Shown one piece after another: positions 9,900 through 19,689 of a DNA stretch of 64,000 nt. The notes below the pieces were generated by a model. It saw nothing but the letters and a program-made list of their open reading frames with translations. It searched no databases and was not told the DNA's origin. How positions within the stretch are numbered: position 1 is the first letter of the stretch; every line of letters starts with the position of its first letter. This DNA is from Myxococcales bacterium (lineage in GTDB: Bacteria; Myxococcota_A; Polyangia; Polyangiales; DASUME01), in assembly GCA_047601445.1 (NCBI GenBank), contig JASGJH010000001.1, forward strand, positions 6,976,001-7,040,000. The letters run 5' to 3'. A program made the translations under genes and the position numbers.

Positions 9900-11009
9900 T
9901 CACGGCCCCTTCACGCGCGGACTGGCAAGTACCGACCCCAAGCCAGCGCAAAGCGCCGCCTCGAGCGGTGGCGTCACGATACGCGTCTCCACGGCGCCCA
10001 CTCGAATCCCGAGCGTGGGTGCGTCGCGAACGCCGGGCATACATTCGAGACCTCCGAAGGGAATCGCAGTGGTCGTGTCGCATTCGTCGAGCGTCGGAAG
10101 GTCTTTGAGCCGCTCTTCGAGCTGCGACAGAACGTCGATCGCTTCGCTGCACCTGAACGGGAGCTCGAGTGTGTCTCTCGATTGGCCGACGCTCCAATCG
10201 AGATGCGCGCTGCCGAAGCCGGAGGTTGGCCTGGAAGAGCAGGTCTCACGGAGGCGCTTGCTGAGGTCAAGCAGCGCCTGAGGATCGAGCCGCTGGTGGA
10301 AGTCTTCGATACTGACGCGGCGATATACCACTTCGCGTGTTGGCGCTTCGGGGAAGGGGTCGCGAGTCTGCATGCGCACCCGTTCGAGCTGGAACTTGCG
10401 GCGACGACCGTGGCGCTCGACGCGCGTTCGGTCTGCAAGAACGATTTCAGGTTCACTCACGAGCGCGTAGTGAATCCCGAGCGGAGCGCGTTCGAGGTAG
10501 GTCCAGGCCTGCCTCCTCGAGTCCGGCCCTGCCTTCGACCTTTGCGTCGTGTCAACGACGAGGCAAGGGCCACAGGTCCGCTCCGAGAGGCCGATGCAAT
10601 CGCAGGTCTCGGTGTCAACGCCCTTGTAGGCGAGTCTCAACATGGGGAGACCAGGGTCCGCAATGCAGCCGCCGCTCGCGAAGCGCAGCTCGAGCGGTCG
10701 TCCGTTGTGAGCGTGCCGTCCCATGTCGAAGGGGACGCAGCCGTCCTCCTTGATGAATCCGAGGTCGTCCTCCCAACACCGTCGAGCCGTCGAGAGTGTG
10801 TCCATGTCATGAGCGGGATCGAATGACTTGGGAATGACACGCCGCGTGCATTCACGGGCTCGCTCGCAACGCGGGCTCGGCGGAGGAGGTAGGGTCAAGC
10901 TAGGGCGATGGAGGGGATCGCTCGGATCGGTCGTACAGCGATCACCCCTGGCATGCTCGAGAGGAGCGGCGACGGCGAACAGGAGGACCCAGGGAAGGGA
11001 GCGACCCAC
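9900..11009 (-). CDS. Hypothetical secreted protein
   Basis: 369-aa ORF with a signal-like N-terminus and several Cys. It fills the gap between clear genes. No family recognised. Confidence 0.5.
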   Translation of the reverse strand: MGRSLPWVLLFAVAAPLEHARGDRCTTDPSDPLHRPSLTLPPPPSPRCERARECTRRVIPKSFDPAHDMDTLSTARRCWEDDLGFIKEDGCVPFDMGRHAHNGRPLELRFASGGCIADPGLPMLRLAYKGVDTETCDCIGLSERTCGPCLVVDTTQRSKAGPDSRRQAWTYLERAPLGIHYALVSEPEIVLADRTRVERHGRRRKFQLERVRMQTRDPFPEAPTREVVYRRVSIEDFHQRLDPQALLDLSKRLRETCSSRPTSGFGSAHLDWSVGQSRDTLELPFRCSEAIDVLSQLEERLKDLPTLDECDTTTAIPFGGLECMPGVRDAPTLGIRVGAVETRIVTPPLEAALCAGLGSVLASPRVKGP

Positions 11010-11239
11010 GCTGCTAGCATCTCACGAAGAGGCGAGGACCGGTTGAGCTAGTTGCCACTCCGGCACCTGACTGCACGGGGTGCCGCCACCAACCACTGGC
11101 CCGCCCGCGACCAACAGCATCAAGGCGCCATTCGCGTTTACTCGTCTGCCCATGAAGGGAGCACCTTTCGTGTGGCGCTCGTGCCAGCACCGGCCACCGA
11201 ACAGGCGTAGCGCCCGGGCCGCGCTAGGCTGGGCCCACC

Positions 11240-11599
11240 ATGACCGCCGACAAAGCGCGCATCTACCACAACCCCCGCTGCTCGAAGAGCCGCGAAGCGC
11301 TCGCGCTCTTGCGTGAACACGGCATCGAGCCTGAGGTCGTGCTGTATCTGGAGCATCCGCCGAGTGCGCGCGAACTGGAGGTGATGCTGGGTCAGCTCGG
11401 GGTCGAACCTCGGGCGCTGCTGCGCACCAAGGAGGACGCCTATGCCGAGTCCGGGCTCACGGAGGAGAGCAGCATGCGCGAGATCGCGGATGCCATCGTG
11501 GCGCAACCGATCCTGTTGGAGCGTCCGCTGGTGGTGATCGGTGATCGTGCCGTGATTGGACGTCCGCCTGAGCGCGTGCTCGAGCTGCTCGAGGGCTAG
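11240..11599 (+). CDS. arsC: Arsenate reductase (glutaredoxin-dependent ArsC family)
   Basis: IYHNPRCSKSR, LLRTKE, PILLERP and IGRPPE motifs. Confidence 0.93.
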   Translation: MTADKARIYHNPRCSKSREALALLREHGIEPEVVLYLEHPPSARELEVMLGQLGVEPRALLRTKEDAYAESGLTEESSMREIADAIVAQPILLERPLVVIGDRAVIGRPPERVLELLEG

Positions 11600-11642
11600 G
11601 GGGCTTGATGCTGGTCGCAGCTTGGGGCGTGTGCAGCGTCTG

Positions 11643-12575
11643 CTAGGGCTTCAACGCCCGGACTTTGCGCCCCGGCTCCGCGCATGCACGAACCGCTTCC
11701 GAGACCTGGGTGCGCAGCCAGCGGTGTCGCGCGTCGTGCGTGAAGCGCGGCGCCCAGGCGACGCACATGGGGAGCTCGGGCGTGGGCACGGGGCACGCTG
11801 TGCAATGCAGCGCGGGCGCGAGTGCGCGCACCACGTCATCCGGCAGGGTGGCGATCAGGTCGGTGCTCTGCACCAGGGATAGGGCCGCGAGGAAGCTCGG
11901 TACGGCCACGGCCACACGGCGGCGTTGTCCACCGGCACGCAGGGCGTCGTCCACGTAGCCGCCTTCTTCGCCGCTCGGGGACACCAGCACGTGTTCGGCC
12001 GCAAGGAATGCGTCCAGGCCGAGGCGGCGCTTGCGGCGGGATACGGTGACGAAGCGGCGCGTGTACTGCACGCTCAGCACGAGCTCGCCGACCGAGGGGA
12101 TGTTGTACTGGCCGCGCAGGTCCGGGAACACGGCGAGCTCGATGGCGCCGCGCAGGGCCTCGCGGGCGCTGTCGAGGTGGATGGGGCGCACGCGGATGTC
12201 GAGCGCGGGGGCTGCGTCGCGCAGCCGGGTGAGCAGAGGCCCTGTGAGCACGGCCTGCATGTCGTCGCCCAACGCCAAGGTGATCACGCCGCGGGCCGTC
12301 TTGGGATCGAACTGACCGGCCGGGGAAAGCACGCGCTCGGCCGAGGCCAAGAGCTCCGACAGGGCGGGCAACAGCTCGGCGCCGCGCCGGGTGCGTACGA
12401 GCCGCCGGCCTTCGCGCACCAGCAGGGGATCGCCCGTGGTCGCGCGCAGCTTCTCGAGCGTGCGGCTCATGGCAGGCTGTCCGATGTGCATGCGCTGGGC
12501 GGCCAGCGTGACGCTCTCGGTCTCGAGCAGCGCGAGTAGGGCCGGCAGGAGTTCGGTCGGAGTGGCGGTGTTCAT
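11643..12575 (-). CDS. LysR family transcriptional regulator
   Basis: HTH ESVTLAAQRMHIGQPAMSRTLEKLR...DPLLVR plus a substrate-binding domain. Divergent from the epimerase gene. Confidence 0.95.
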   Translation of the reverse strand: MNTATPTELLPALLALLETESVTLAAQRMHIGQPAMSRTLEKLRATTGDPLLVREGRRLVRTRRGAELLPALSELLASAERVLSPAGQFDPKTARGVITLALGDDMQAVLTGPLLTRLRDAAPALDIRVRPIHLDSAREALRGAIELAVFPDLRGQYNIPSVGELVLSVQYTRRFVTVSRRKRRLGLDAFLAAEHVLVSPSGEEGGYVDDALRAGGQRRRVAVAVPSFLAALSLVQSTDLIATLPDDVVRALAPALHCTACPVPTPELPMCVAWAPRFTHDARHRWLRTQVSEAVRACAEPGRKVRALKP

Positions 12576-12588
12576 GCTCTGTAAGCAT
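12574..12588. promoter_or_regulatory. LysR recognition box (T-N11-A palindrome)
   Basis: ATGC-TCTGTAA-GCAT overlaps the LysR start, within the divergent promoter region. Confidence 0.65.
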
Positions 12589-12661
12589 GGATGATAGTAC
12601 TTCAATCGATTTTCGGCATGCATTGTTCCGGGGCAGGCTGTATCTCGGAAAGGCGGTTCAC

Positions 12662-13612
12662 ATGGGCAGCAGCGAGCAGAAGCAGGGGTTGGTTCAGCGG
12701 CACGTGGCGGTGGTGGGAGCGGGGCAGATCGGCACGCCGGTGGTGGAGCGACTGCACGGCATGGGGATGCGCGTGACCTGGCTCAGCCGCAGTCGTCCCC
12801 GCGATGTCCCGGCGGGCGTCGAGCACGTGCAGGTGGATGCGAGCGATGCCGAGGCGCTGGCTGCGGCACTGGGGGATGCCAGCGCGGTGATCGCGGCCGT
12901 GAACCCCGCCGTGTACGACGCCAAAGTGTGGCGTGAGACCCTGCCTCCGCTGCACCGCGGTCTGATCGACGGCGTGGGGCGTACTGGGGCCCGCCTCGTG
13001 GTGCTCGATGCGCTCTACCTGTACGCCACCGACCAGGGGCCGCTCTCGCCGAGTACACCGCAGACGCCGCACACGGAGAAGGGCAAGGTGCGCAAGCAGA
13101 TCGCGGACATGTTGGCCGAGGCCCAGGCGCAGGGCCGCGTGCGTGCCACCGTCTTGCGCGCGCCCGACTTCTGGGGACCCGCGCTCAGCTCGGCCCTGTT
13201 CACGCAGCAGGGGATCGAGGGGTTGAAGGTAGGCAAGCGGCCCTTCTTGATCGGGGATCCCGACCAGCCCCATGCATTCTCTCACCGCGATGATGTGGTG
13301 AGCGCCCTGGTGAACCTGGCGATCGCGGGGGACGACGTGGAAGGCAAGGTCTTCCATGCACCCGTGCTTCACGTGACCCCGCGCGAGCTGAGCGTGGCCC
13401 TGGCACGGGAGCTCGGCGTCGACGTGAAGCCCTTCGTCACGCCGTCGTGGCTGCTGCGCGTGATGGGGCTGTTCTCCAAGCCCATGGGCGGTCTGGTCGA
13501 GATGTTGCCGCAGTGGCAGTCGCCGTATCTGGTGGATGACCGCAGCTACTGCGAGCGCTTCGGAGCGCGCGCCGTGACGCTGGCCGAGGGCGTGGCGCAG
13601 CTCGCGACTTGA
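12662..13612 (+). CDS. NAD-dependent epimerase/dehydratase family protein
   Basis: VAVVGAGQIG Rossmann motif, KGKVR, RAPDFWGP. Confidence 0.9.
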   Translation: MGSSEQKQGLVQRHVAVVGAGQIGTPVVERLHGMGMRVTWLSRSRPRDVPAGVEHVQVDASDAEALAAALGDASAVIAAVNPAVYDAKVWRETLPPLHRGLIDGVGRTGARLVVLDALYLYATDQGPLSPSTPQTPHTEKGKVRKQIADMLAEAQAQGRVRATVLRAPDFWGPALSSALFTQQGIEGLKVGKRPFLIGDPDQPHAFSHRDDVVSALVNLAIAGDDVEGKVFHAPVLHVTPRELSVALARELGVDVKPFVTPSWLLRVMGLFSKPMGGLVEMLPQWQSPYLVDDRSYCERFGARAVTLAEGVAQLAT

Positions 13613-13848
13613 GTGGGCTCAGGCGCTGAGTCTGCAGACGATGCTCGAGGTCCGATTGGATGTTCGGTCGAATCTGGCGTGCGTTCGCGCATCTTCTGGA
13701 TCGAACCTTCACGGCCCCACTTTGGACTCGAACCCGTGTAACCTTGGCCGCGTCCCGGTCGAAGTAGCAATGCTGGCGCGGATCTGCGTCCCCATTTGCG
13801 GGTGCGTGGGTTCATCCGTGCGCCGCACTCTCTTGCGAGGAGGTCGCG

Positions 13849-14896
13849 ATGAACGAGCAGAAGCTTGCAGATTTCATGGGGAAGTTGGTGGGTGACATGG
13901 GCGGCGCCGCGATCATGGCGAGCGTCCTATTGGGAGCGGAGCTGGGGCTCTATCGAGCGATGGGGAATGCCGAGCCCATCAGCGCTGATGAGCTGGCCGC
14001 CAAGACGAAGTGCAACCCGCGCCTGACTCTCGAGTGGCTGCGCGCGCAAGCCGCGTCTGGCTATGTGGAGATCGTGGGAGAAAAGTTCCGGCTGCCATCT
14101 GAGCACGCCATGGCGCTGGCGGACGAGGACTCCCCCGTGTTCGTGGCCGGCGGAACTCATGTGCTGGCCAGCATGTTCCTCGACAAGGACAAGCTGATCT
14201 CCGCCATGCGAGGCAATGGAGCGCTTGCATGGGGCGATCATCATCCATGTCTGTTCTCGGGCACGGAGCGCTTCTTTCGTCCGGGCTATCGAGCCAACTT
14301 GGTTTCGGCGTGGTTGCCTGCGCTCGATGGCGTGGTGGGCAAGCTGGAGTCGGGCGCCAAAGTGGCCGACGTGGGGTGCGGACACGGAGCCTCCACCGTC
14401 GTGATGGCCAAGGCTTATCCCAAGTCCGAGTTTCACGGCTTCGACTATCATGGGCCCTCCATCGAGGTCGCGCAGGCGAGAGCGGCCGAGGCCGGTGTCG
14501 CGGAGCGCACCACCTTCAAACGAGCCGCGGCCAAGGACTATCCTGGCGCGGACTTCGATTCTGATTTGCTTCTTCGACTGCCTGCACGACATGGGCGATC
14601 CACTGGGTGCAGCCCAGCATGCTCTCGCCGCGCTCAAGCCGGGCGGTACGGTGCTGCTCGTGGAGCCGTTTGCACACGATCATCTGGCCGAGAACGTCAA
14701 TCCGGTCGGGCGCCTGTTCTATGCAGCGTCTACCTTCGTGTGCACGCCGAACTCGCTCTCGCAGGAGGTGGGCACAGCCCTCGGCGCTCAGGCTGGCGAG
14801 GGGCGCCTCCGCGAGATCTTCCAAAAAGCCGGCTTCAAGCGCTTCAGGCGGGCCACGGAGACTCCGTTCAATCTCGTGCTGGAGGCACAGAAGTAG
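13849..14896 (+). pseudogene. Class I SAM-dependent methyltransferase with N-terminal wHTH, apparent +1 frameshift at about 14560 (possibly an assembly error)
   Basis: VADVGCGHG in the first frame. LICFFDCLHDMGDP...ETPFNLVLEA follows in the second frame. Removing one T from GATTCTG restores DFDLICFFD. Confidence 0.88.
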
Positions 14897-14920
14897 TCCG
14901 CACGCGCATGTTCGGACCGG

Positions 14921-15682
14921 TTAGAGGCTCAGCGGCGGCTCTAGATCGAAGGGATACGTCACGATGACGTGGCCATCGGGCTTCGGCATCGCCCAATTCC
15001 GGACCGAGTGGGCGATGCAGCAGGCCACGAGGGACTGGCCGAGCTCGTCCTGCAGTACGTTGGCGGACTGAACCGTTCCGTCGGCCCTGACGTGGAACTC
15101 GATGACCACGCGTCCCGCGAGATTGGGCCACCAGACGAGGCCATCCTCGTAGCACCTGTGCACGTCGGTCATCTGCCGGTCGATGGCCTCTCGAATGGAA
15201 TCCTGGGAGACCGAGCCGATGACGATGGGCTCCCGGCTGAGCCCCACGCGCTCGTGCGAAATCACACCAAACACCGTGCCGGCTGGGACTGCCTTCACCT
15301 CGCCGAGCTCGCGCAGCACACAGGCGCTCACGTCTTCGGGCGGCGTAGGTTTGGCTTCGGCAGGCACGAGTTCCGCGCTGCCTTCGCGGAACGCGACGTC
15401 GACGATGAGGTCCGGGGTCTTCTCGAAGCACGCGCTGAGGGTGGCCCTTCGATCTGCCAGCAGATCCTTCAAGTCGGGATCGGAGAGCTCGGGGCGGGTC
15501 CAATCGCGTGCCTCGCAGGCGCCGTGCAGATCGGTGTAAGCACGTTCGGCGCGCTGCTTCTGGCGTTGCGTCTGGAACTGAGGAACCGTCAAGTTGCAGG
15601 CCGAGAGGCCAACCAGCCAGAGCGCGAGGCCAACGCCACCTGCGAGCCAAGGGGTGGAGCGAAGCGAGTTTACGGACTGCAC
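14921..15682 (-). CDS. Lipoprotein with an AgmX/PglI-type TonB C-terminal domain
   Basis: LSAC lipobox. IREAI...RCYEDGL...LAGRVVIEFHVRADGTV...CI...W.MPKP...VTYPF. Start uncertain. Confidence 0.8.
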   Translation of the reverse strand: MQSVNSLRSTPWLAGGVGLALWLVGLSACNLTVPQFQTQRQKQRAERAYTDLHGACEARDWTRPELSDPDLKDLLADRRATLSACFEKTPDLIVDVAFREGSAELVPAEAKPTPPEDVSACVLRELGEVKAVPAGTVFGVISHERVGLSREPIVIGSVSQDSIREAIDRQMTDVHRCYEDGLVWWPNLAGRVVIEFHVRADGTVQSANVLQDELGQSLVACCIAHSVRNWAMPKPDGHVIVTYPFDLEPPLSL

Positions 15683-15711
15683 GCTGCCACCATACGCGAT
15701 CGCGCGGGCAC

Positions 15712-16416
15712 TTAGAAAGGCAGCTCCACGGCCTCGCACAGAAAGCGCATCAGCGCCTTACCGGCCTTGAAGCGCGTCTCCACCGCGTCGAGGAAGCCGG
15801 CGCCGAGGAGGTCCTTGTGGGAGAGCTTGGAGACCGCGATGAAGTCCTTGCGCTTGAGGTCCTGGACGAGCGGGTGGTCGGCTGCGTAGCCCTTGGGCGG
15901 GCGAGAGAGGCTGTCGCCGCCGAGGGCGAGGTGCTCGCTGAAGCTGGCCGCTTGGACGACCTTCTTCCAGGCGCCCTGACGCTCGTCGAGGTGGGCGCGG
16001 ATCTTGGCGAGTGCGATGGGGTCGGGGTGCCACAGACCTACACCGATGAAGACCTCGGCCGGATCGAAGTGCACGTAGAGACCCGGCGCGTGCACGTCCT
16101 TGCCTGCCACATGGCGAAACTGGATGCCTACATTGGTCTTGTAGGGCGTCTTGTCGCTGCCGAAGCGCGTGTCGCGCTGGGGCCGCATCATGGAGCCGCC
16201 GACCTTGTCGTCGCTGGCCACCAGGTGGGGCGAGAGCTTCTTGAGGCGTGGGGCCATGGCGCGAATGAAGGCGCGCGCGGGTTCTCGCACGTGGGCTTCG
16301 TAGCGGGTTTGGTTGGCCTTGAACCAGTCGCGGTCGTTGTTCTCGGTGAGCTCGACGAGGAAGCGGATCGCCTGCACGTTGAAGCCCGGGAACGCGGGGG
16401 CTTTGCTGCTTGCCAT
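15712..16416 (-). CDS. DUF2461 (TIGR02453-type) protein
   Basis: FPGF...FL.EL.ENNDRDWF, RDTRFGSDKTPYK, L.RPPKGY..DHP...DLKRK. Confidence 0.92.
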   Translation of the reverse strand: MASSKAPAFPGFNVQAIRFLVELTENNDRDWFKANQTRYEAHVREPARAFIRAMAPRLKKLSPHLVASDDKVGGSMMRPQRDTRFGSDKTPYKTNVGIQFRHVAGKDVHAPGLYVHFDPAEVFIGVGLWHPDPIALAKIRAHLDERQGAWKKVVQAASFSEHLALGGDSLSRPPKGYAADHPLVQDLKRKDFIAVSKLSHKDLLGAGFLDAVETRFKAGKALMRFLCEAVELPF

Positions 16417-16524
16417 GGCTGAGATGCTCCGGGGTGGGCCCGTAGTGTAGCGAGCGCCGCGCGGCGCACCCATGACCGCACCGAAGCTTGCTTCGATGAG
16501 GAACGAGTGGAGGGGGCCTTTGCC

Positions 16525-17541
16525 TCAAGCTTGACGGTAGGTGGCAGGGGCCACGCCCACGCAGCGCTTGAAGGCCTTGCTCAGGGCGCCCTCGGAGCTG
16601 TAGCCCACCTGTTGAGCGATCTCCGCCAAGCTCGCGCTGCTCGCACGCAGCTGCGAGGCTGCGAGTTGAATGCGCCAGCGCGCCAGGTACTGCATCGGTG
16701 GGATGCCCACCAGGCGAGTAAAGCGCTCGGCGAGCACGGAGCGCGAGACGCCGGCTCCCTTGGCGAGTCGATTCAAGGTCCAGGGATCCGCCGGCTGGGC
16801 ATGCAGCTTTTGCAGCGCCCGACCCACCTGCGGATCCTGCAGTCCAGCGAACCAGCCACCTTGCTCTTGGGGCAGCGTCTCGACGTAGTGACGCACCACC
16901 TCCACGAACAAGAGCTCGCTCAGGCGTGCGAGCACGCAATCGCTGCCGGGTTCGCGCGCGTTGGACTCCACCACGGCGAGTTCCACCAGGCGCTGGAGGA
17001 TCGAGCGGCGCTCTCCCGTGCCCCGCACGTGCAACAGGCGGGGTAGTGCGCTGAGCAGCGGGTTGAAGGGATGCGCGTCGCAGCCGAGGAAGCCGCAGAT
17101 CAGCTTCACGTGTCGTGGGCCGCCGCCGCGGATGTCGATGGAGATGGGCAAGCGCGCGTGCTGCATGTCGAGGCTGTCGGGGCTGGGGCCGCCGCGCATG
17201 CCAGGCGCGCTCGAGACCACGTGGCGATCGCCTTGCGGAAAGACCAACACGTCGCCGGCCTCGAGCTGGACCGCAGGTTCATCGACGATGCCGCCCCAAC
17301 ACGAGCCCGCGGTCACCACGTGATATTCGATGACATGCTCCGCGCGCGGCAGGATGCGGGGCCCGATTTCGCGCGATGGCGGCGTCTCCGCGACCCACGG
17401 GTCCGAGGCTTCGATGGCGAAGTACACGGCTCCTGTGAGGTGCACGGCGCGCAAGACTTGGGACAGCGCATCGGCCAGAGGTACATCTTGGCCGCAGTGC
17501 GCATTCGGGTGACAAGGGGGCAATACCGGGTGCATGGGCAC
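16525..17541 (-). CDS. AraC family regulator with N-terminal cupin domain
   Basis: DALSQVL, GDVLVFPQGD.H, C-terminal double HTH (SRSVLAERF...GY.SEGALSKAFKR). Start uncertain. Confidence 0.93.
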   Translation of the reverse strand: MPMHPVLPPCHPNAHCGQDVPLADALSQVLRAVHLTGAVYFAIEASDPWVAETPPSREIGPRILPRAEHVIEYHVVTAGSCWGGIVDEPAVQLEAGDVLVFPQGDRHVVSSAPGMRGGPSPDSLDMQHARLPISIDIRGGGPRHVKLICGFLGCDAHPFNPLLSALPRLLHVRGTGERRSILQRLVELAVVESNAREPGSDCVLARLSELLFVEVVRHYVETLPQEQGGWFAGLQDPQVGRALQKLHAQPADPWTLNRLAKGAGVSRSVLAERFTRLVGIPPMQYLARWRIQLAASQLRASSASLAEIAQQVGYSSEGALSKAFKRCVGVAPATYRQA

Positions 17542-17706
17542 GCCCGCTCAGCCTAGGACCAAGGCTTTCATTCGAACATCGCGTGAGCGCAGATCCGGAT
17601 GGGCGGACATGCATCACGGACGCCCAGACATGCACGTGTGGCGCCCTCCGCTAGCTCCCCCCAGGATGCCCTGACCCCGTCATGAACTGCAGCCATCGCG
17701 CAAGGA

Positions 17707-18504
17707 TTGTGTCTTTCCAGACTCGCCGTTACCCTAGACATCCTCGTGAATCACCTGTCGTCCGTAAGTCTCCTGATGGTCCTGGGAATGCTCGGGTCCG
17801 CATGCAGTGAGCCCACCTCGGGCGCACCCACTTCCGCCGGCACGGTGTCCGTCGGGGCCGTCGACTCCGCTTGGCCGGCCGTCGCAGTGCCTGCGTTTCT
17901 CTCGCGCAGCCCGTGCTTGCCGCCCTACACGGCTTTTCGCGAGGGGTGCGTGCACGCGGCCTACTCGGCCCGCACGTCGACGGCCGACCTGGCAACCCAG
18001 TTCGATGCGTATCAACGAGGGGCCGCACCACCGCGCGTGGGCGGACCGATCCAACAGGCGGCAGCGACCGGCCGCGCGAACGCGCACACGCCTCGACTGG
18101 ACCCTGGTGCACTGGCCAAAGGCAGCGGCACGGGCGCACAGGATGCCGAACTCGCGCGGCAACGCAGGTTGCGTGCGCTCGAAGAGATGCTGATCATGGT
18201 GAACGAGAAGCTGGCCCGCGATCGCAAGCGGCGCACCGGGCCGGCTCGCACGCAGGACGGTACGGACGAGGCCAACGCTGGCGGAGCCTCCGCCAACCCC
18301 CGTGGGACCTATACCGCAGGGGCTTCTTCCGCTGCGGGCGACGAGTCAGTCGCTCAGCTGGTCGGCGCGCTGAAGCAAATGGAGCAGGGGCAAGCCGCGA
18401 CCATGCTGCAACAGATGGAAGCCAAGGGGTTGCGCCAGGAGCTGGGCGAAGAGGTTTGGAGTCAGCTCAGCACGGAGGCGCGCGGGACCGCAGCAGGACG
18501 CTGA
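17707..18504 (+). CDS. Hypothetical lipoprotein
   Basis: LGSAC lipobox-like motif, CLPPY...GC and a coiled-coil-like C-terminus. Start uncertain. Confidence 0.55.
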   Translation: MCLSRLAVTLDILVNHLSSVSLLMVLGMLGSACSEPTSGAPTSAGTVSVGAVDSAWPAVAVPAFLSRSPCLPPYTAFREGCVHAAYSARTSTADLATQFDAYQRGAAPPRVGGPIQQAAATGRANAHTPRLDPGALAKGSGTGAQDAELARQRRLRALEEMLIMVNEKLARDRKRRTGPARTQDGTDEANAGGASANPRGTYTAGASSAAGDESVAQLVGALKQMEQGQAATMLQQMEAKGLRQELGEEVWSQLSTEARGTAAGR

Positions 18505-18642
18505 CAAGTCAGCGCTTTCGCTCTCCGTGCTCACGGGCCAGCTTGCCTCCTCCACGCCAGGGACCACTTGCACTCGCAGTGAACGTGGCGACGCGCGGAC
18601 ACGAGTATCTTCGCCCGCAGCCCGAAGCAGAGGAGCCCTTCC

Positions 18643-19608
18643 ATGGCACAAGAGACGATGCGAGCCATGGCCGTCGATCACTTCGGCGGTCCCGAAAACC
18701 TTACGCTGCACCAGCTCCCTGTCCCGCAGCCTGGCCCCAAGGACGTGCTCATCCGCGTCCAGTTCGCGGGCGTGGGTGAGTGGGATCCCTACGAGCGTGA
18801 GGGCGGCTTCGCCGAGATGTTGCCCCGGCCACCCAAGTTTCCCTACGTGCTGGGCTCGGAGGGCGCCGGCAAAGTCGAAGCGTGTGGACGGGAGGTGCAG
18901 GGGCTGGCGGTGGGCGACCGCGTGTATGCCGTGGCCTTCCCCAACGCCCGCGGCGGCTTTTACGCGGAGTACGCCGTGATCAACCAGGCTCTGGTGGCCA
19001 AGGTGCCTTCGGAGCAGGGCATGCTGGAGGCGAGCGTGATGGCCGGCGTGGGCATCACCGCGCTGCGCGGGCTCGCGGACGTGCTCCAAGTTTCGCAGGA
19101 TGACAGCGTCGCCATCGTGGGCGCGAGCGGCGGCATCGGGCATCTCGCAGTGCAGCTCGCCAAGCGCATGGGGGGGCGCGTATTCGCGGTGGCCTCCGGG
19201 GCCGACGGCGTGGCGCTGGCGCAGAGGCTCGGAGCCGACGCGGCGATCGACGGCCACCTCGACGGCGTGCTCGAGACAGCGCGAGCTTTTGCAGAGGGGG
19301 GCATCTCCAAGGCGCTCCTCACCACGGGCGGGGATGTGGCTGAGCGGGTATTGATGGCCATGCGTGAGGCGGGACAGGTGGCTTACCCGAGCGGCGTCAT
19401 GCCCGAGCCTGCGCCGCGCGCGAACCTGAAGATCGTGCGCTACGACGGGATGCCCGATGCAGACATCCTCGAGCGCTTCGAGGCCATGGCCAAGCAGGAA
19501 CCCTTCGATGTGCATGTGGCCCATAGCTTTCCGCTGCAGGAGGCGCCGGCGGCCCAGGAGGCGCTCAAGCGTCATTTCCTGGGCAAGCTCGCGCTGCGCG
19601 TAAGCTGA
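18643..19608 (+). CDS. NADP-dependent oxidoreductase (MDR/quinone oxidoreductase family)
   Basis: MRAM...FGGPE, VLGSEGAG, GASGGIGHLAVQLAK, GKLAL. GAGGAG RBS. Confidence 0.93.
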   Translation: MAQETMRAMAVDHFGGPENLTLHQLPVPQPGPKDVLIRVQFAGVGEWDPYEREGGFAEMLPRPPKFPYVLGSEGAGKVEACGREVQGLAVGDRVYAVAFPNARGGFYAEYAVINQALVAKVPSEQGMLEASVMAGVGITALRGLADVLQVSQDDSVAIVGASGGIGHLAVQLAKRMGGRVFAVASGADGVALAQRLGADAAIDGHLDGVLETARAFAEGGISKALLTTGGDVAERVLMAMREAGQVAYPSGVMPEPAPRANLKIVRYDGMPDADILERFEAMAKQEPFDVHVAHSFPLQEAPAAQEALKRHFLGKLALRVS

Positions 19609-19689
19609 GCCGCATCCGTGGTGAAATCGAGGGGTGAAAGCCCCTCTCGGGCGCGCCACGTGCGCCGCCTGGTGTCATCATGCCGCGCC

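Noticed and set aside
9183..10826. 547-aa plus-strand ORF
   Set aside because: It overlaps the clear ECF sigma gene antisense and has no recognisable motifs.
11240..11599. Arsenic resistance operon
   Set aside because: Only a lone ArsC-family gene. No arsR, arsB or acr3 nearby.
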